From: Candidatus Bathyarchaeota archaeon
GTDB lineage: Archaea > Thermoproteota > Bathyarchaeia > Bathyarchaeales > Bathycorpusculaceae
Length of the DNA: 64,000 nucleotides
Reading direction: 5' to 3'
NCBI GenBank assembly: GCA_963811105.1
Contig: CAWEPZ010000002.1
Location: 160,001-224,000, forward strand
The notes under the pieces were generated by a model. It did not search any database and was not told the DNA's origin. It was given only the letters and a program-made list of their open reading frames with translations. The translations under genes were made by a program, and so were the position numbers. This document shows, in pieces, positions 60,670 to 64,000 of this stretch. Every line of letters starts with the position of its first letter. The stretch's first letter is position 1.

Positions 60670-62217
60670 ATGGCAAGAATAAGTATGGGATATTTACGTA
60701 AGAGTTTAGCTTTAATGCTTATAATTTTATTTGTCACCCCACTGATTACTTTTCAATCTATAAATGTTAAAGCTGAATCCTCAAAAACAATATTTGTACC
60801 AGATGATTTTTCTACTATCACATTAGCGATAGGAAATGCTTCAAATGGTGACTTAATTTTTGTTAAAAAGGGAATATATGAGGAGCATTCTCTAACTATT
60901 AACAAAAGCATCACAGTTATTGGAGAAAATAGCGATAACACGATAATTAAAGACATAGACCAGCCAACTCAGTTTTTTGACTCTTCTCTATTTATCGGAC
61001 CTACTGCAATAAGCATAAGTGCCGATTACGTAAGGATTTCAGGTCTGACTATTTTAAGTAATGGAACTGCTATTGGTGGCGGCGGCTTCAAAACTTTGAT
61101 AACTGATAACAAATTAGATAGCATTAACTTAGACAAGGGGTCTTATCAAACTATTGCAGATAACATTGTTTCATCAATTAATTGTAGAGTCCCTTTTACT
61201 TACATTGTTAATAATACTCTAAAGGCTTCATACAGTGTAATAACCATACAAACCCCAAGCAATGATAACGTGATATACAATAACAAAGTAAAGGGTGTCA
61301 ATACAACCAGCAACTTAGATGTAGCTGGCATTAATGGGATTTATGTGTCCGATTCAAGCAACAACCTCATAGCTGAGAATGTTATTTCAAATGGTGGAGT
61401 CGGTATTCTTATTGATTTGTCAAGTTCGTCAAATAATGTTGTCGCCAACACAGTCTTCAATGGATTTGTTGGCTTAGCGGCAATCCGTGAAAGCAGACAT
61501 AACGTGTTTTATGCAAATACCGTTGAAAATAACACCTCTGCCATCTCAATCGCAGGTTCAGGAAATCTATTCTATGACAATAATTTACTAAATAATTCAA
61601 AATTACTAGAAGATGCAAACAAGATTGTAGGTCCTAATCCATCGACTTCTAACACATTTTGGAATAATGGGAATCAAGGTAATTTTTGGAGTGACTACAT
61701 AACAAAATATCCAGAATCAGTAGAAATTGACAAGAGAGGCATAGGCAATACCCCTTATGTGATAGATGCAAACAATGTAGACAAATATCCGTTATTTTCC
61801 CAATTTGACCAAGAAGCAATAATTAGTTTTCCTCAATGGCTTCCGCCCTTAATCAGCATTGCATCCCCTGAATACCAAAAATACAACGAAGACAAAATTA
61901 ATGTGATATTTACAGTAAACAAATTCTCTTCATTAAGTTATAACGTTGATTGGAAAGAAAACGTTAGCATTGCAGGCAACACAACCGTTGAAAATATGAC
62001 AAACGGTTTGCATAGTATTACCCTGAATGCGAATGATACCTTTGGTAATACTTTCAGTAAAACAATCATCTTCACGGTTGAAAAATCACTGGTAGAAAAC
62101 TTGGGTAATGGTCTGATAATCACAACGATAATAATTCCAGTACCCATATTACTTTTAGCAGTCGGTCTACTGCTTTTCAGAAGGCATCGAAAAACCGCTT
62201 CCAAGCCAAAAGTATAA
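60670..62217 (+). CDS. Secreted NosD/CASH-like beta-helix surface protein with C-terminal TM anchor
   Basis: VPDDFSTI..AI..A..GD.IFVKKGIY.E, parallel beta-helix repeats, GNFWSDY...GIGNTPY.ID.NN.DKYPL; TM + RRHRK. Confidence 0.88.
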   Translation: MARISMGYLRKSLALMLIILFVTPLITFQSINVKAESSKTIFVPDDFSTITLAIGNASNGDLIFVKKGIYEEHSLTINKSITVIGENSDNTIIKDIDQPTQFFDSSLFIGPTAISISADYVRISGLTILSNGTAIGGGGFKTLITDNKLDSINLDKGSYQTIADNIVSSINCRVPFTYIVNNTLKASYSVITIQTPSNDNVIYNNKVKGVNTTSNLDVAGINGIYVSDSSNNLIAENVISNGGVGILIDLSSSSNNVVANTVFNGFVGLAAIRESRHNVFYANTVENNTSAISIAGSGNLFYDNNLLNNSKLLEDANKIVGPNPSTSNTFWNNGNQGNFWSDYITKYPESVEIDKRGIGNTPYVIDANNVDKYPLFSQFDQEAIISFPQWLPPLISIASPEYQKYNEDKINVIFTVNKFSSLSYNVDWKENVSIAGNTTVENMTNGLHSITLNANDTFGNTFSKTIIFTVEKSLVENLGNGLIITTIIIPVPILLLAVGLLLFRRHRKTASKPKV

Positions 62218-62229
62218 ACCTAGATTTAG

Positions 62230-62256
62230 ATGAAAAGCTTGATAAACTTAACTTTA
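62230..62256 (+). repeat. 27-bp dispersed repeat, copy 2
   Basis: Identical to 44498-44524. Confidence 0.9.
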
Positions 62257-62276
62257 CCTTAGCTTCAGGCTTTGAT

Positions 62277-62525
62277 TTAATTAATTCCAAACGTCATAAA
62301 ACTCTTGCTTGATTGTCGGCTCCACTCGGCAGCGACAAATTGACTCTTTTGTAAAAGGTCGATGAGTTCCTTTTCATAATCTGTTGGCTCCACACCTAGG
62401 ATCTGACGAAAAAACTCAAGCGGATCTGTCTTAAGCGTTTCAACCTTGCTGAGCCTATCCGTCTGTAAAGAGTCAATGTCCTCGCGTGTCTTAGCACGGG
62501 TGTCAATGAAGTTATTTGGCTTGAG
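62277..62525 (-). pseudogene. Truncated terminase large subunit (N-terminal stump)
   Basis: DPLEFFRQILGVEPTDYEKELIDLLQKSQFVAAEWSRQSSKSF*, a degenerate Q motif and Walker A (RQSGKS); no start codon. Confidence 0.7.
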
Positions 62526-62970
62526 GGTTCGTGGATTTTTTTGTAAGGTCCGAATACTTCTCCCTCCATTCTAACAATTCAGCCTCAAGACCCCGATAAT
62601 CAACGTACTCTGCCACGAGATCCTGATACACTTTCACGCCCATAATGATGGTGCGTAAACGCAAAACATCAAGTTTATTTAGTTTTAGTTTGCCCGTTTC
62701 AAGCTGCTGCAGGGCTGCAACTAAGGTCTTGAGTTCTTCCTCAACTGAAGGTAACTCATCGGGCAAAACTAACTTCTCAAGGGTAGATGATGATGGCGTG
62801 TTATTTTCACTCCGATCATCATCTTCTAAGCCTAAGCGCGATCTCTTCATCCGTACGGAAGTAAGGCTTTTGCCCAGAATCTTTGCGATTGATCGCGTGG
62901 ACTTTTTTTCTGTTACGAGCTGTCGAAGTTGCCGTTCCTCTTCAACGGTCCAAGGTTTGCCCTTCGCCAT
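62512..62970 (-). CDS. HTH protein, putative terminase small subunit
   Basis: MAKGKPWTVEEERQLRQL...SIAKILGKS..SVRMK..RLGL HTH plus coiled-coil; overlaps the TerL stump. Confidence 0.65.
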   Translation of the reverse strand: MAKGKPWTVEEERQLRQLVTEKKSTRSIAKILGKSLTSVRMKRSRLGLEDDDRSENNTPSSSTLEKLVLPDELPSVEEELKTLVAALQQLETGKLKLNKLDVLRLRTIIMGVKVYQDLVAEYVDYRGLEAELLEWREKYSDLTKKSTNPQAK

Positions 62971-63398
62971 TAAGATCTTCCTGTCCTGCTGCAGACGTCT
63001 CAAGCTACTGGTTTTCCGCTGATAATTCTGTTCCACCTGTTCCAAGTGTTCCAGACTTTCTGAGCTATTGTTTTAAGATTTTTCCCACAAATAACCCGAT
63101 TATGATTCCGGTTAGGCCTGTAATGGTTGCACCAATCAACTGAAAGGGCATTTAGATAGATGGACAAAATAAGTGGAAAACACTAATACAGAACGCTTGC
63201 AAAAAGGAAGTAGAAACTAGACTGTGGGTGTGTCGATACAGTCACATATTTTCTTAAAACTACATTACATTAGACTACAGCATGTCGAAGGGAACTTGGG
63301 AATAGTTTTATCTACTGGCGATGGGTGAATCTATATTCCTGAGTACTTAAGCTTATAAAGGCATATCTTGACACATAAGACATTGGGAATAAGCGAAA

Positions 63399-63620
63399 AT
63401 GAGTCCCAGAAGCCAAAAAAGGCACAGTAAAGCCTTTAAACAAACGGCAAGATATAGAAGCGAAAAGGTGCTAAATGTGAAGCCTTATCCTATTCCAGAT
63501 CTTGAAGGGCAACCTGCCCGCGTCTTTGAAGAAAAGATTAGGAAACCCCCTACTCCTACTCAGAAACGAATCATGCAGGAAGCATCTGTCGTTTTTAGCC
63601 AAACCAAAAGACGGGAGTAA
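63399..63620 (+). CDS. Putative antitoxin of a GNAT toxin
   Basis: C-terminal L.G..A..FEEKIRKPPTP...MQEA resembles the toxin-binding tail of DUF1778-type antitoxins; 30 bp upstream of the GNAT gene. Confidence 0.5.
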   Translation: MSPRSQKRHSKAFKQTARYRSEKVLNVKPYPIPDLEGQPARVFEEKIRKPPTPTQKRIMQEASVVFSQTKRRE

Positions 63621-63650
63621 GGAACTTAAGTAAGCAACAAGAGCCCAAGA

Positions 63651-64000
63651 ATGTCCCCTACGAAGTTTGCGCCTAATGATTTTTCAGTCAAAAAACTTGA
63701 TGCACAAACAGATCTTGCAGGGTTTGATTGCAGTGAGAATGATAATTTAGGTTTGGACGAGTTTATCCATAAAGAGGCTTTAGATTACCAAAAAGAAAGC
63801 ATGGGTATCACCTATCTGTTTTACAATAGTGATAAAATTGCTGGATACATAACAGTCGCCATGGGCTCTATCGGCTTAAAAATGACCACACTGCGTTTGG
63901 ACATTTTTGGCGACAAAATTCGATATCCAGCGGTTTTGCTGGGAAGACTGGCGGTGCAGAACGGACTTAGGCGACGCGCTGTTGGAAAATGCATGACCCT
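63651..64000 (+). CDS. GNAT acetyltransferase, TacT/AtaT-like toxin (runs off the window)
   Basis: FDCS...LDEFI..EA, IAGYIT and YPAVLLGRLAV...RRRAVG motifs. Confidence 0.8.
   Translation, partial: MSPTKFAPNDFSVKKLDAQTDLAGFDCSENDNLGLDEFIHKEALDYQKESMGITYLFYNSDKIAGYITVAMGSIGLKMTTLRLDIFGDKIRYPAVLLGRLAVQNGLRRRAVGKCMT

Larger units (their letters stand above)
62277..63151 (-). mobile_element. Remnant of a head-tail provirus packaging module
   Basis: Short TM remnant (63065-63151), HTH/TerS-like gene and TerL stump in the same orientation. Confidence 0.55.

Overview
Archaeal chromosome segment, most likely Bathyarchaeia (TACK). The inference rests on a crenarchaeal-type PolB1 together with RadB, CarS, AglB/AglH, the exosome/proteasome and S13-rpoN operons, and Bathyarchaeia-style surface proteins (PQQ-like propeller, NosD-like beta-helix, PEF-CTERM-like tail). 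Core blocks (1-6.3 kb, 19.4-43.1 kb, 44.7-48.6 kb, 52.7-59.2 kb) are interrupted by three accessory zones. Zone 1 (~6.3-19.3 kb) is an AT-rich island with a pentapeptide/TIR-like protein, a Swt1-like HEPN protein, membrane proteins and gene remnants. Zone 2 (43.1-44.6 kb) is a small insert with two tRNA-Leu-derived direct repeats flanking a DUF998-like gene. Zone 3 (59.2-64 kb) is a provirus-derived region with an intact HTH/TerS-like gene, a terminase large-subunit stump, a NosD-like cargo gene and a GNAT toxin-antitoxin pair. Best leads: a CysRS paralogue with rewired Zn/cysteine-binding residues and no anticodon domain, next to a peroxiredoxin; shared DNA motifs (an exact 27-bp repeat, paired GTCAA-N6-TTGAC palindromes, a duplicated RRHRKTA gene tail) that link zones 2 and 3 and suggest a cassette or recombination system; and an OST3/OST6(DC2)-like gene near aglB. 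Four single-base +1 frameshifts (including in topA) may be sequence errors. I saw no intact tRNA, rRNA, CRISPR array or integrase. All calls come from motif recognition by eye; no searches were run.
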